Source: Mobula hypostoma
Taxonomy: Eukaryota
Reading direction: 5' to 3'
Assembly (NCBI RefSeq): GCF_963921235.1
Contig: NC_086097.1
Coordinates: forward strand, 177,632,001 to 177,696,000
DNA length: 64,000 nucleotides
Shown here: positions 22,616-35,253 of the stretch, piece after piece
Layout: each line of letters begins with the position of its first letter
Position numbering within the stretch: position 1 is the stretch's first letter
The notes under the pieces: model-generated
Database searches by the model: none
The model's input: only the letters and a program-made list of their open reading frames with translations
What the model was told of the DNA's origin: nothing
Made by a program: the position numbers and the translations under genes

Positions 22616-24109
22616 TCTGGTAATGTTCTCCTTTCCGTAAGGTGAAGATAGATCCTGTGATTGTCTACATTGTAAGCAGATGATTATCTAAAGAGAGGCT
22701 TGTCAATGCCTGCCAGACGGAGCCTCTTCTCATTTCCTGTCGCTATCGAGGCCCCAGTCATGGACCATTGAATCTTTGATGAATGTTATTCAGGTGATCC
22801 CTGACCTTCTAATAATCAGCAGTTTAAAGGAACTGAAATTGTACAGAGGACTAAAGAACCTGGGAACCTTTTAATCTCTCTCCACATCTAACAGTCTGAA
22901 AGGAACATCAAACATCAATGGAAAATTCGGGACCATGTTACTGGCAATCTGACCTGTACAGCTGCTTAGACAGAACTTTCCCAAACACACCCAAAAGGAT
23001 ATTAACCTGAGTTATTTATGTATTGGCCAAATGAGAGTTGGTCAATTTAGAAATACTGAAGCAAAAACTCTACCCCCTCCCTTTTTAAAAATTGTTTTAA
23101 GTTTATGTTGTTTTTAATAACAACAATAATAATTGTCTGCGGTCAGTAAGAAGCATTCACCAAAATCAGAATCCTGGAGTCACCAAGTAATACAGCACAG
23201 AAACAGACAACTGGTCCATGCAAACCAACTTGTTTACCCTAGAGTCACAGAGTTGTTTAGTTATACGGCAAGGAAACAGGAGACAGACCTTTCTGCCCAA
23301 TTGGTCCCTGCAGCAACTTGTTTATTTCCAATCATAGAATTACACAGCACAGAAACCGACACTTTGGCCCAACTCGTCCTTGCTAATGAACTTGTCTCCT
23401 TACAGTCATGTGGTCTTACAGCACACCAACCAGTCCATGTGACCAAGAAGCCCTTCTAAGCTAGTCCCATTTGCCTGCATTCAGCCTATATCCTGCTAAA
23501 CCTTTCTATTCATTTACCTGTCCAAGTGTCTTTTCAATGTTGAAAAATGCAGCATCCACATCAACTTATGGGAGCTCCTGGCTTGTGACCAAGTAAAACG
23601 GAGAAAAAGTATCCAGGATGGTCTTGGCTCATTTGAGTCTCTTTAAATAAAACACAGAGAATCTCATCAAAAATGGTGGTGGGTGTGAATAACATCTCCT
23701 CGTGCTGCCACATTCTCAGACTCTCAACCCTACCTCTCTCGTTTAGTCTATCATTGTCACTTTAGGGTTTCTTTTTTTCAGATTGGTAATGGGTTTATTA
23801 TTTTCACTACAGAGAAAAACTTTGTTTTGCATGCCATCCATACAGGTCATTTCATTACATCAGCACATAGAGGCAGTAGAAAGGATAAGCAAAAAAAAAA
23901 GTGTTGCAGTTACAGAGAAAGTGCAGTGCAGACAGACAATAAGGCATTGGGTCATAACAAGGTAGATTATGAGGACAAGGGTCTATCTTATTGTTCAAGA
24001 AGTTCATTCAGCAGTCCTCTAACAGCAGGATAGAAGCTGATCTCGAGCCCAGTGATGCACAGAACAGAGAACACAGAGTGGAACAGTATGGACCTTCGGC
24101 CCATGATGT

Positions 24110-24750
24110 CATCAGACATTGTGACACCAGGTGAGAGGAATGGTGGGCAGGTGGGGGAGGGGAGGATAAATTAAGAAGCTCAGAGGCAATAGGTGGAAGA
24201 AATAAAGGTCTGAAGAAGAAGGAATCTAATAGGATAGGATTGTGGAACATGGAAGGAAAGGAAGGAAGAGGAGAACTAGAGGGAAGTGATGGGCAGATGA
24301 GGAGAAGGGGTAAGAAGGTAACCAGAAGGGGAATGGCAAAAGCGAAAAGGAGTTAGAATAGAAATCATCGGAAGTTGCAGAAATCAATGTTCATGACATT
24401 AGGTTGGATGCTGCCCAGACAGAATATGAGGTGTTACTCCTCCAACCTGAATTTGGACTTATCTTGGCAGTAGAGGAGGCCATGGACAGACATGTCAGAA
24501 TGGGAATGGGAAGTCAAATTGAAACGGGTAGTTACTAGAGATCCTTCCTTTTGCGGCAACAGAGCAAAGGTGCTCAACAAAGTGATCCCCCAGACTGTGT
24601 GGAGTTGTTGCCCCACCTTCCCCATCACCTGGTATCACCCATCATTTGTACTTCTTCCCATCACCCCACTGTCTATTCTAGCTTCAGCCCCATTCCTTTC
24701 TAGTCCTGATGAATGGCCTCAGCCCAAAATGTCTAATGTTTATTCCCCTT
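24110..24750 (-). mobile_element. Penelope-like fragment with an inverted terminal copy (24600-24750 on +) carrying a degenerate hammerhead
   Basis: Homologous to 35450-35900 (HSHSDMSVHGLLYCQ..RLEE); + strand TAGTCCTGATGAATGGCCTCAGCCCAAAATGTC at 24701-24733. Confidence 0.75.
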
Positions 24751-24949
24751 CAGGGAGAATGTACAAATTTCTTACAGACGGCAGCAGAATTGATCCTGGA
24801 TCGCTAGTATTGAATAGTGTTACGGTAACTGCTATGAGACCGTGCCACCTTTGAAGTTAAAGCACAATTCGGGTACATTAGATATACACAGATGAAGATC
24901 TAACCACTGGGAGAAGCCAAAAGAAAAGCTGTTGTGTAAGTACAAGTTT

Positions 24950-25165
24950 AGTTTAGAGATAGAGCACGGTTCCAGGCTCTTCTGGCCCATCTAATTACGC
25001 CCATGTGACCAGCTGAACAATGCGGCTTTGGGACATGGGAGGAAACTGGAGCACCCGGAAGAAACCCACACAGTCACAGGGACAACGTACAATCTCCTTA
25101 AAGATAGTGATGAAATTGAGCCTGGATCAATAGCATTATGCTAACCACTACGCTACTGTGCTGTC
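24950..25165 (-). mobile_element. V-SINE (HE1-like)
   Basis: Minus strand tRNA head GCACAGTAGCGTAGTGGTTAGCA, V-domain GTGGGTTTCTTCCGGGTGCTCCAGTTTCCTCCCA, CR1-like tail. Confidence 0.8.
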
Positions 25166-25259
25166 CCTGTTTGCATGGCATGGAAAACCAAAGCATGTGA
25201 CTGTAGTTGTGCTTGTGACAATAATAAATGAATTCAAATTCCTAATTCCCAAATCACAA

Positions 25260-25790
25260 ACATCCAATTTATAATGAAGTACCATAGAAAGCATTTTATC
25301 TGGATGTAAAACAGCTTGGTATAGAAAATGCTCTGCATGCAACGGCAAGAAGCTGCAGAAATTTGTGGTCACAGCTCTGCGTATCATAGGAACCAGCCTC
25401 CCAACTGTCAAGTCTTCACACTACCTCAGTAAAGCAGACAGCATAATCACAGACCCTACCCACCCTGGATATTCTATCTTCTCCCTCTCCCATTGGTTAG
25501 AAGATACAAAAGCCTGAAAAACAGGCTCAAAGACAGCTTCTGTCCCATTGTTATCAGACTCTTGATCAAAACTCTTGTAAAATAAGACGGACTCTTAACC
25601 TCATAATCTACTTTGTTATGATCTTCCACTTTATTGATTACTTTTTCAATAGCTTTTACACTTCATTCTGGATTGCTATTGTTTTACCTTATTCTAGCTC
25701 AATGCACTAAGTAATGATTTGATCTGTAGAAACAGAATGCAAGACAGACTTTTCACTGTATCTTGGTACACATGATAATAATGAACCAAT
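25260..25790 (+). mobile_element. Rex1/Babar-like LINE 3' end
   Basis: NL**STIESILSGCKTAWYRKCS..RKKLQK; DPTHPGYSIFSPLP; tail ATAATAATGAACCAAT. Confidence 0.7.
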
Positions 25791-26419
25791 GCGAATACTA
25801 TTATTTCCAAAACAAGATAGTATTGAATGGTATTGAATGCTAATAGACTTCCCACAATCACCTCTCAAAATCCAGACTTCTCTGGGCACTTTAAATTCCC
25901 TGGATTCATAGTGGGGAATCACCAGGTCATGATGATGTGTTCAGCCTCTGACACTTGTCCTTCGTTATTGTTGGGAGGTGATGCAGCCTAGGTGAGCAAC
26001 TGCAATGTATTTTGTGGCTGGTGAATGCTGCAGCCAGTGTGCAGTGGTGGTAGCGGGAGGGAGAGTTTAGGGTGGGAGGTGAACTGTCATTCAAGTGTCC
26101 CATTTGGTCTTTGTTGGCAACTAAATTTAAACTCTGCAGCTGCTTATTGCAGAATTTAGATGCTTGCTCTGTTTTATTTTGGGCCTCCAGAACAGAAGTA
26201 TCTCTACTGCACCTTTCATAATCTCCGCACAGCCTGAAGCACTTACAGCTAACAGCAACACTTGAAGCCATCTCAGTCAACGACTAAATGATATACATTA
26301 ATTTCAGGAGTAACAATGACCAGACCTTCTGCTTTAATCAATTTATTGAGGAATATATATCAAGGACTGAAGGAAAAGTGTTCTGCTCTTCAAGGTAGTA
26401 CCAAGGATTTCTCTAGAGT

Positions 26420-27450
26420 CATACTGTACAGAAACCTGCCCCTCAGGTCTCACTTAGTTCTCTCCCTCTCACCTGTGCCCTCTAGTTTTAGATTCCCCTG
26501 CCTTGGCAAAAAGACTGTGTCCATCCATCTTATCAATTCTCCTTATGATTTTATAAATCTCTGTAAGGTCAACTCTCAACCTCCTATCTCCAGGGAAAAC
26601 AGTCATAAAGCCATCAGACATAGGAGCAGAATTAGGCCATTCAGTCCATCGAGCTTGCTCCACCATTCCATAATGGCTGATTTATTATCCCCCTCGACGC
26701 CATTCTCTTGCCTTCTCCCCATAACCTTTGACACCCTGAATAACCAAGAAACAATCAACTTTCATTTTAAACATACCCAATGACTTAGCGTCCACAGCCA
26801 TCAGTGGCAATGGATTCCACAGATTCACTACATTCTGGCTAAATAAACCCTTCCTCATCTCTGTTCCAAATGGACTTCCCTCTATTCTGAGGTTATGCCT
26901 TCAGATACTAGACTCCCCCACTATAGGAAACATCATCTGCACATCCACTCAAGCCAGGCCTTTCCAATATTCAATAGGTTTCAATAGACCTCCCTCCCCT
27001 CCACCCCCTCATTTTACTAAACTCCAGTGAGTACAGACCCAGAGCCATCAAACACTCCTCATACATTAACATTTTCATTCCCAGAATATTTCTCCTGAAC
27101 CTCCTCTGGATCCTCTCCAGTGCCATCTTTTCTTAGATAAGGGGCCCCAAACTGCTCACAATACTCCAAGCGCGGTCTGCCCAATGCCTGATAAAACATC
27201 AGCATCACATCCTCGCTCTTACATTCTAGTCCTCTCGAAATGAATGCTAACATTACATGTGCCTTCCTCACCACTGACTCAACCTGCAAGTTAACTTTTA
27301 GGAAATCCTGAACAAGTCCCTTTGCACCTCTGAATTTTGAACTTTCTCCCAGTTTAGAAAATCGTCTATGCTTTTATTCCTTCTGCTAAAATGCATGACC
27401 ATACACTTCCCTGCACTATACTCCACCTGGCACTTCTTTGCCTAATCTGT
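26420..27450 (-). mobile_element. CR1 3' fragments (two)
   Basis: ORF 27059-27289 QVESVVRKAHVMLAFISRGLE..RPRLEYCEQF; DLTEIYKIIRRIDK. Confidence 0.88.
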
Positions 27451-27609
27451 ATCTCTATACATGTGACAATAATAAACCAGTTTACCAATCTATGACTCGG
27501 TGGGTTGAGTTTGAGATACAGTGGGAAACGTAGTCTTGGAGAGTATCCATACAGATCATTTCATGGAACCAAGACCTATACTAGCCAAGATGGCTATTCC
27601 TGCTATTCC

Positions 27610-28712
27610 CAGTCAAGATGGCATCAGAGTACGATACTCTGATACTTCCAGATAGCCCATAAAAATGTCTTTTTTACTTCTTTTACGTCTGTTTTTCACC
27701 TTAAGAGTGTTTCTGGGACTGTTAGAGCCCGTGATTTACAGTTTGGAGATCGTTTGAGTGGTCCAGCGCTTTGCAGTCTCCGAGAAGATTCCGGGGAGCG
27801 AGTGCATACTCGGACAGCCTCAATACAAAGAAACTTTGAGATGGGGCCCGAGCCGATGTTCGACTCCATCTCACCAATTAAAGCATCCACTGATCGCAGA
27901 TTAAAGTGTTGAGTAAGATTGAGACATTGAGGCAAAAGCGGAAGGCGAGCGAGAGTTCAGCGCTGGCTGTCTGCCTTTTACTCACTGCCAGAGAAGGAAT
28001 CTGAGAGCTGCCTATCACCATGTGGCTGGCTGTGGTAGGCGGGTAGGTCTCTCTGCCTCATGTGGCGTCCCTCTTCTCCAATGAATGTTGGTGATATTGT
28101 AGGATGGTATCGTGGTTCAGTGTTTTATAGATTGGACAACTGCGTTTGTGGACTGTGGACTTTTTCATATTTATGGTTTCTATATTTTGTTTTTTATCAC
28201 CCGTTCCTACTTCTTCACACAGAGAGTGGTGAATCTGTGGAATTCTCTGCCACAGGAAACTGTTGAGGCCAGTTCATTGGCTATATTTAAGAGGGAGTTA
28301 GATATGGCCCTTGTGGCTACAGGGGTCAGGGGGTATGGAGGGAAGGCTGGTGCAGGGTTCTGAGTTGGATGATCAGCCATGATCATAATAAATGGCGGTG
28401 CAGGCTCGAAGGGCCGAATGGCCTACTCCTGCACCTATTTTCTATGTTTCTATGTTTTCTGTTTTGTTGTGGGGGGGGGAGGTGTTTGGGGATTAATGTT
28501 CTGTTGTGTTCTGTTAGTTTTTTGTGCAGGGGAGGGAGATTTTGGGGGTTGATGATCAGGACGTCATTCTTTTTTATCTGAGGAGGGGGTGGGTATGATG
28601 TTTCTCTCTGAACAACTTTCATGTTCTTCCTTTGTTTCGTGGCTATCTAGAGAAGACAAATTTCGGAGTTGTATATGGATACATGCTTTGTTAATAAATG
28701 AACCTTTGAACT
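27610..28712 (+). mobile_element. Family-X retroposon, longest copy, containing a CR1 3' insertion (28209-28460)
   Basis: Starts GTCAAGATGGCATC; ends TTTCGTGGCTATCTAGAGAAGACAAATTTC..AATAAATGAACCTTTGAAC; internal FFTQRVVNLWNSLPQ with (TTTCTATG)n tail. Confidence 0.72.
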
Positions 28713-29169
28713 CATTTGTCTGTGTTTGACCCATGTTCCCCTCTAAACCTTTCCTATACAAGTACCAGTGGAAATGAGTTTTAAGATTCAAACCACCTGG
28801 AAAACAGTGATGGAGCAAAGGGAATCAGGAATGATGATAGGCCAGAATCAGTGGAGAACAGGGACCTTGAAAAGGTACCTCAGGTGCCATCTCCTTAAAC
28901 CTCTCTTCCTTCTTTTTAATCACCTAAAGCTCATCTTGTCCTGAAGAACAAGAGACGCAGTTTGAAATTTTCTTTAATAAACCTTCAAAAAAGATGAAGT
29001 CAAAGTTGAACTTATTGTCATATGCACGAGTACATAAGGCAGATATCCCTCTAAACCGTTCTGATCCACATGTGTGTACAGGTGCAATGAATAACTTACT
29101 TGCAACAGCATCACAGACACACGACACCATATAAGCAGCATTCACAAAAAAAACACAAATAAGACACAC

Positions 29170-30380
29170 ATTGATGAAGGTAGAGCAGTGTATGTAGTGT
29201 ATATGAATTTCAGTAAGGCACTTGATAAGGTTCCCCATGTGAGTCTCATTCAGAAAGTAAAGAGGCATGGGATCCAAAGAGACCTTGCTCTGTGGATCCA
29301 GAACTGGCTTGCCCACAGAAGGCAAAGGGTGGTTGTAGATGGTTTGTATTCTGTATGGAGGTCAGTGACCAGTACTGTTCTGCAGAGATCTGTTCTGGGA
29401 CCCCTCCTCTTTGTGATTTTTATAAATGACCTGGATGAGGAAGTAGAAGGGCGGGTTACTAAGTCTGCTGATGATACAAAAGTTGGGGGTGTTGTGGATA
29501 GTCTGGAGGGTTGTCATAGGTTACAGCGGGACATCGATAGGATGCAGAACTGGGCTGAGAAGTGGCAGACGGTGTTCAACCCAGGTAAGTGTGAAGTGAT
29601 TCATTTCGGTAGGTCAAATTTGAAAACAGAATATAATATTAGTGGTAAGACTTTTGGCAGTGTGGAGGATCAGTGAGCTCTTGGGGTCCGTGTCCATAGG
29701 ACACTCAAAGCTGCTGCGCAGGTTGACAGTGTTGTAAAGAAGGCATATGGTGTGTTCACCTTCATCGACTGTGGGATTGAGTTCAAGAGCCATGAGATAA
29801 TTTACAGTCATATAAGACGATGGTCAGACCCCTCTTGAAGTAGTGTTCAATTCTGGTCACCTCACTACAGAAAGGATGTGGACACTATAGAGAAAGTGCA
29901 GAGGAGATTTACAAAGATGTCTCCTGGATTTGAGAGCATGCTTTATGAGAATAAGTTGAGTGAACTTTGCCTTTTCTCCTTGGAGCGATGGAGGATGAGA
30001 GGAGACCTGATAGAGGTGTATAAGATGATGAGAGGCATTGTTTGTGTGGATAGCCGGAGGCTTTTTCCCAGGGCTGAAATGGCGAATATGAGGGGGCATA
30101 GTTTTAAGGTGCTTGGAAGTAGGTACAAGGGGGATGTCAGAGATAAGCTTTTAATACAGAGTGGTGGGTGCATGGAATGCACTGCCGGCAGTGGTGGTAG
30201 AGGCAGGTACAATAGGGTCTTTTAAGAGACTCTTAGATGGGTATACAGAGCTTAGAAAAATAGATAGCTATGCAGCAGGGAAATTCTAGGCAGCTGCTAG
30301 AGTAGGTTACATGGTCAGCACAACATTGTAAGCTGAAGGGTCTGTAATGTCCTGTAGATATCTACGTTTCTATGTTTCTA
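29170..30380 (+). mobile_element. CR1 RT/3' fragment (young)
   Basis: ORF 29188-29676 VYMNFSKALDKVPH..SVLGPLLFVIFINDLD..KSADDTK..WAEKWQ; tail TTTCTATGTTTCTA. Confidence 0.93.
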
Positions 30381-30644
30381 AACGTAAACTATGTGCAATT
30401 TTTGCAAGAGAATACATAATTAGAAAAATATACTAACAAGATCCACTTGGTTTACAAACTGATGTAAGTGGTCTTTAGAGTGATTAGAGTTGTGCCAGTT
30501 GGTTCAAGAACCAAATGGTTAAAGGGAGGTAGCTGTTCTGGAACATGGTGATGTGGGACCTCAGACCTCTGTTCCTCCCGCCTGATTTGGGAATATTAAG
30601 TGTTATGTAAACGCAAATGGTTGTTCTTGTTCAGTCAATCCCAG

Positions 30645-31220
30645 TTTGCAGCTCTATAAAATTCTGGCGAGACCACACTTGGAACATTGTGTTCAGCTCT
30701 GGTTGCTTCAACATAAGAAGAATGTGGAAGATTTAGAGAGGGTGCGGAGGAGAGTTACCAGGATGCCGCCTGGACTGGAGAGCAGTTTAATTTTTCATGA
30801 CGAAAGGTTGAGCAAGCTAGAGCTTTTCTCTTTGGAGCAAAGGAGGATCAGAGATGACTTGATAGAGGTGTATGGGATTATAAGAGACACTGATGAAGTG
30901 AACACGCAGTGTCTTTTTCCCAGGGTGGAAGGAGCTAATATGAGATGTAAAAAATGTTACAGTGATCGGAGGAAGGTATAGGGGATGTCAGAGATGGGTA
31001 TTTTCACAGAGAGTGTTGAGTGTGTGGAACTGTGGGCGGTGGTGGTAGAGGCAGAGACATTAGAGTATTTTAAGAGAGTTTTAGATAGGCACATGGATGA
31101 AAGAAAAATGGAGAGTTATGCAGAGAGAAGTGATGGATTGATCGTGGAGTAGGTTCAAAGGATGGCATAATATTCTGTACCAAAAGGCCTATACTGTGGC
31201 TGTACAATGCTACATTCCCT
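30645..31220 (+). mobile_element. CR1 3' fragment
   Basis: ORF 30646-30981 LYKILARPHLEHCVQLW..FSLEQRRIRDDLIEVY. Confidence 0.88.
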
Positions 31221-33169
31221 GTTACGCAGAACAACCGAAGCTCTTTGTCAGTGACCCATACTGATTAATGCATCTCTGTTGCGGAGGTCACAAGAAGAGA
31301 ACTAGGAGCTCAAATGAGCTGTCAGGGTCCAGATGTTCTGATAAACGGTATATTCTCAGGTTACCTTCAGTGTGCCTGGACTTAACCCTTGAGTCTAAAG
31401 TATTCAGGCAGCACAAAAGGGGATTATTTTTCCCTTTGTGCCTGTATCTGGCTCATTCAAATTCAGGTTTTATTTATTTATCATATTAACAGTACTGTGC
31501 AAACATCTTTGGCACATATAATAGTTTGGATGTGTAAGACATTTATCAATATGGAGTGGAGAGCAAGTTTGGAGATCTGGCGGGAACAAAAGATGTTGGG
31601 AATGGCAAGAGTGGAGTGCCAAGGGAGGGGTGTGGGACAGGTGGCAGAGAAGGAGTGCCAGGGCCGGGGGTGGCGCGGATGCAGACACACACAGCCCTGA
31701 GATGCCAAGCAAGGTAATTTGACTCCAAACAATTGGTTTATTGATTATTACAGAATGTCTCTTTGGAGCTTCCTATTCTCTCCCCCTCCCTTTCCCCTTT
31801 CCCAGTTATGATTATCCTCACCCTGCCCCCTTCCCACTCTCAGTCCACAATAGAGACCCATATCAGAATCAGTATAGTGGAATATATATTGCAAATAATA
31901 CATTTCACTGTAAATCTAAACATACAGTGAAATGTGTTTTTGTGTTAACAACCAACACAACCGAAGTATATGCTGGCGCAGCCCACAAGTGTTGCAACAC
32001 ATTCCAGCACGAACATAGCATGTCCACAGCTACATTCAGCAGAACAACAGAGGGCAACAACCTCAATGGCAAAATAAAACTATAGCAAATAAGCCCCTTC
32101 ACCCACCCACCCACTCACACGGACAGGCCCCCACTCCAGGATGAATTGCCTCTGGGCCTCTGACCTCCAGACCCTGGCCCTGGCCCTGGCCCGGATCTGC
32201 AGACTCACTGACATCAGGCCTCTGACCTTCGGACAAGCTGACCCAGGGGCTTCGACCTTCAAGCCTTGACCTCTGGATTGCAACCTTTGTCTTCTTCGAA
32301 AGAGTTCTCCAACTGGATCCACCCCTCTGTCTTTTATTAAGAAGTCTCCCATTAAAAATAATACTTAATTCCTTCTCAAATATTCCCATATGGAATCTCC
32401 TTCCAGGCAGTGCATTCTCAATCACAACATGGCTCATCAATGTTCTTGCTGCCAGGAGCATTTTGGAGCCGTTCCAGGATTTCCTCACCGTCCCAAAGGT
32501 TCGAGTTAAGAGAAAAGTCTGGTAAAGCATTACCGTTGCCAGGTTACTGTGAGATAACATTAATGTTTTATGGTAACAGACCTTTTTCCCAGGATAGGGG
32601 AATTTAAAATTAGGGGGCGGTCGGCTTAACACCAGAAGGGAAAGATTAAAGAAGACTGAAGGGCAACTTTTCCTTTGAAGCTGCCAGGGGAAGTGGCTGA
32701 GGCAGGTACAATAATGACACTGAAAAGGCATTTGGTCAGGTATATGGATAGCGTCACAGAATCACAGCACAGAAACAGGCCCTTTGGCCCAACTCATCCG
32801 TGCTGACTGTGTTGGCCAGCGAGCTCGTCCTATCTGCCCGTGTTTGGCCCACATTCCATGTGCTTATCTAATGTGCCCGGCCACCTCAACCACACTTTCC
32901 AAATATGCATCGCCCTGTGCATAAAGATGCTGCCCCTTATGTTCCTTCTGAATTTCCTGTCTCTGATCTTAAACCTATGCTGTCTTGTTTACATCACCCC
33001 CTCCTGGGGAGGGGGGATAGAATATGTGCTTTCACCATGATACCTCTATTAGGAACAGGAAAGGTTTACAGGGATATGGGTCAAATGCAGGCAAATGGGA
33101 TGAACTTACAAGTCGGGCTGAAGAGTACGCTTCTGTGCTGTATCACTCTGTGACTCTATTGTTCTAGTT

Positions 33170-33415
33170 ACAGGCAAATGGAGGAGGGGAGAGTGGGAAT
33201 AGTGACAGAAGCTGGGAGGTGAGAGATGGAACTGACAAAGGGCTGCAGACGGTGAACCCTGATAGAAGAGGAAGGTACTGCATGGAACTGAATAAGGGAG
33301 ATGACGTGGGCAGATGGGAACAGTGGAGTGGAGAAAAGAGACAGACGAGGAGCAGGTTATCTGAAATTGGAGAATTCAGTGTTTCATACTGTCAGGCTGA
33401 AAACTACCCAGGGAG
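33170..33415 (-). mobile_element. Penelope-like 3' fragment
   Basis: GGGAGAGTGGGAATAGTGACAGAAGCTGGG..GGAACTGACAAAGGGCTGCAGA matches 1250-1320. Confidence 0.6.
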
Positions 33416-33789
33416 AGCTCAGCAAGCTGAGCAGCCTTATTCCTGTGATCTGAGAGGAGTTTCATGTAATGTTCCTTTAAATGACCACCCTTACTCCAAT
33501 CACATTACTGTGATATCAAATCTCATACTGAGCCAGATAAAGTGCTAAGTATTTCCCTGAAAACCAGTTATGTTTGCTGACAATTGCCCTGTCAATAATT
33601 GTTCTGGTCTAAGACTAGCAGTAGCAAACAGATGCCAGCTTTAACTGAGGCTGAAGCAGGTCTGTTTTCAGTGGAAGTGCCAGTTTAAAAATGTGTGTGT
33701 GGCGTGTGCGCAAATTCCTAATTCTCCAACAGCCAGGCAGAATCCTCCTGAGGGGTTACTGCTAATGAAAGGCTTCGACTTTGAATGAC

Positions 33790-34280
33790 ATTTGAATGCA
33801 CAGAGTAGTGAAATCAGCCCGATCCATCATGGTCTATTCTCTCCCCACCACCTTCAGGAGGTACTGCCTCAGGAAGGTAACAGCCACTATCAAAGGTCCC
33901 CTCCATCCGGGACATGCTATCTTCTCGCAGCTACCATCAGGCAGGAAGTTCAGAAGCCTGACATCGCACACCACCAGCTTTAAGAACAGCTACTTCCTTT
34001 CAGTCAATCAGTTCTTGAACCAACCAGCACAAGTCTAATCACTACAGTTTAACAACACTATGAACACTAACCACTCTGCACTAAAATGAACAGCTTAGTT
34101 TTCTTCTCGTTGAGTTCTTTCTTGTAAATATTCTGTCTAATATATGTTTAATTTATGTTTTCTTGGTGAATATGATGCTGTGTGCCTGTGATGCTGCTGA
34201 AAGAATGTTTTTAAAAAAATGTCACCTGGTCAGACATGTGCAATGGTTGTGCATATGAAAATTTGACCTTGACTTTGAAA
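33790..34280 (+). mobile_element. Rex1/Babar-like 3' end
   Basis: ORF 33796-34038 RYCLRKVTATIKGPLHPGHAIFSQLPSGRKFRSL..FKNSYF; tail TTTGACCTTGACTTTGA. Confidence 0.75.
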
Positions 34281-35253
34281 TAATGACAGAAAATGTCACC
34301 TCTCACTTTAATTCTCCACCTCCTCTGGTGTAGATCTCTTACATCATTCCAACATAAAGCTTGAAGAACGATTGTTCATCCTCAGTCTGGGGATGTTGTA
34401 GCCCTTGCAGCTACATCTGGAATTAAATTCTCGATTTAATAATTGTAAGTAAGGCAGGTGTGGCTGTAACTTTCTGCCTGTCTTTGTTTTTCTTCTGTCT
34501 CTAACTTACCATGACAATTTTAACATCCACCCTATCAAACATATTCTCCCTCTGTTCGTTCCACGCCTCCCTCTCTGCAAGTTAATAGAATATAGAACAG
34601 TATAACACAGAACCAGGCCCATCTAGTCCATGCCAAACTATCATTCTGCCCAGACCCATTGACCTACATCTGCACCACAGACCTCCACGCCCCTCCCATC
34701 CATGTATTTATCCAAATCTCTCTCAAGTGTTGCAGTCAAGCCCATATCAATCACTCGTTCCACACTCACACCTCCCTCTGAGTGAAGTTCCCCTTAGCTA
34801 TTTCATCTTTCACTCTTAACCTATGACCTTTAGCTCGAAGCTGACCCGACCTCAGAGGAAAAAGCCTGCTTGCACTCATTCTATCTATCCCGTCATAAAT
34901 TTGGTTACCTTTATCAAGTGGTCAAATGCCGTGCTGACCATGATGCAAAACCTCTCTCAACTGCTCCTGATGCTTCTCCCTCCATACCCTTCATGTTTGG
35001 GTGACCGTCTAAATGCCCACCCTATTTGCTTCCACCACGACCCCTGGCAAAGAATTCCAGGCACCCACTACTCTGTGTATATATATAAAAAAACTTATTC
35101 CTTCACACCTTACAGCCATTCCCCCTAATATTTGACATTTCTACCCCGGGAAAGAGTGCCAAAACAGGAAGAAAATAACAGCTGCACCCAGAGGTGTTGT
35201 AAGGCCCTGCCGAGATGCAAGTATTTCATGAAAGTTATCAAATTATTTAGTTT

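Noticed and set aside
32099..32731. 210-aa ORF
   Set aside because: Spans unrelated repeat fragments (CR1 piece, low-complexity CCTGGC repeats); no coherent domain.
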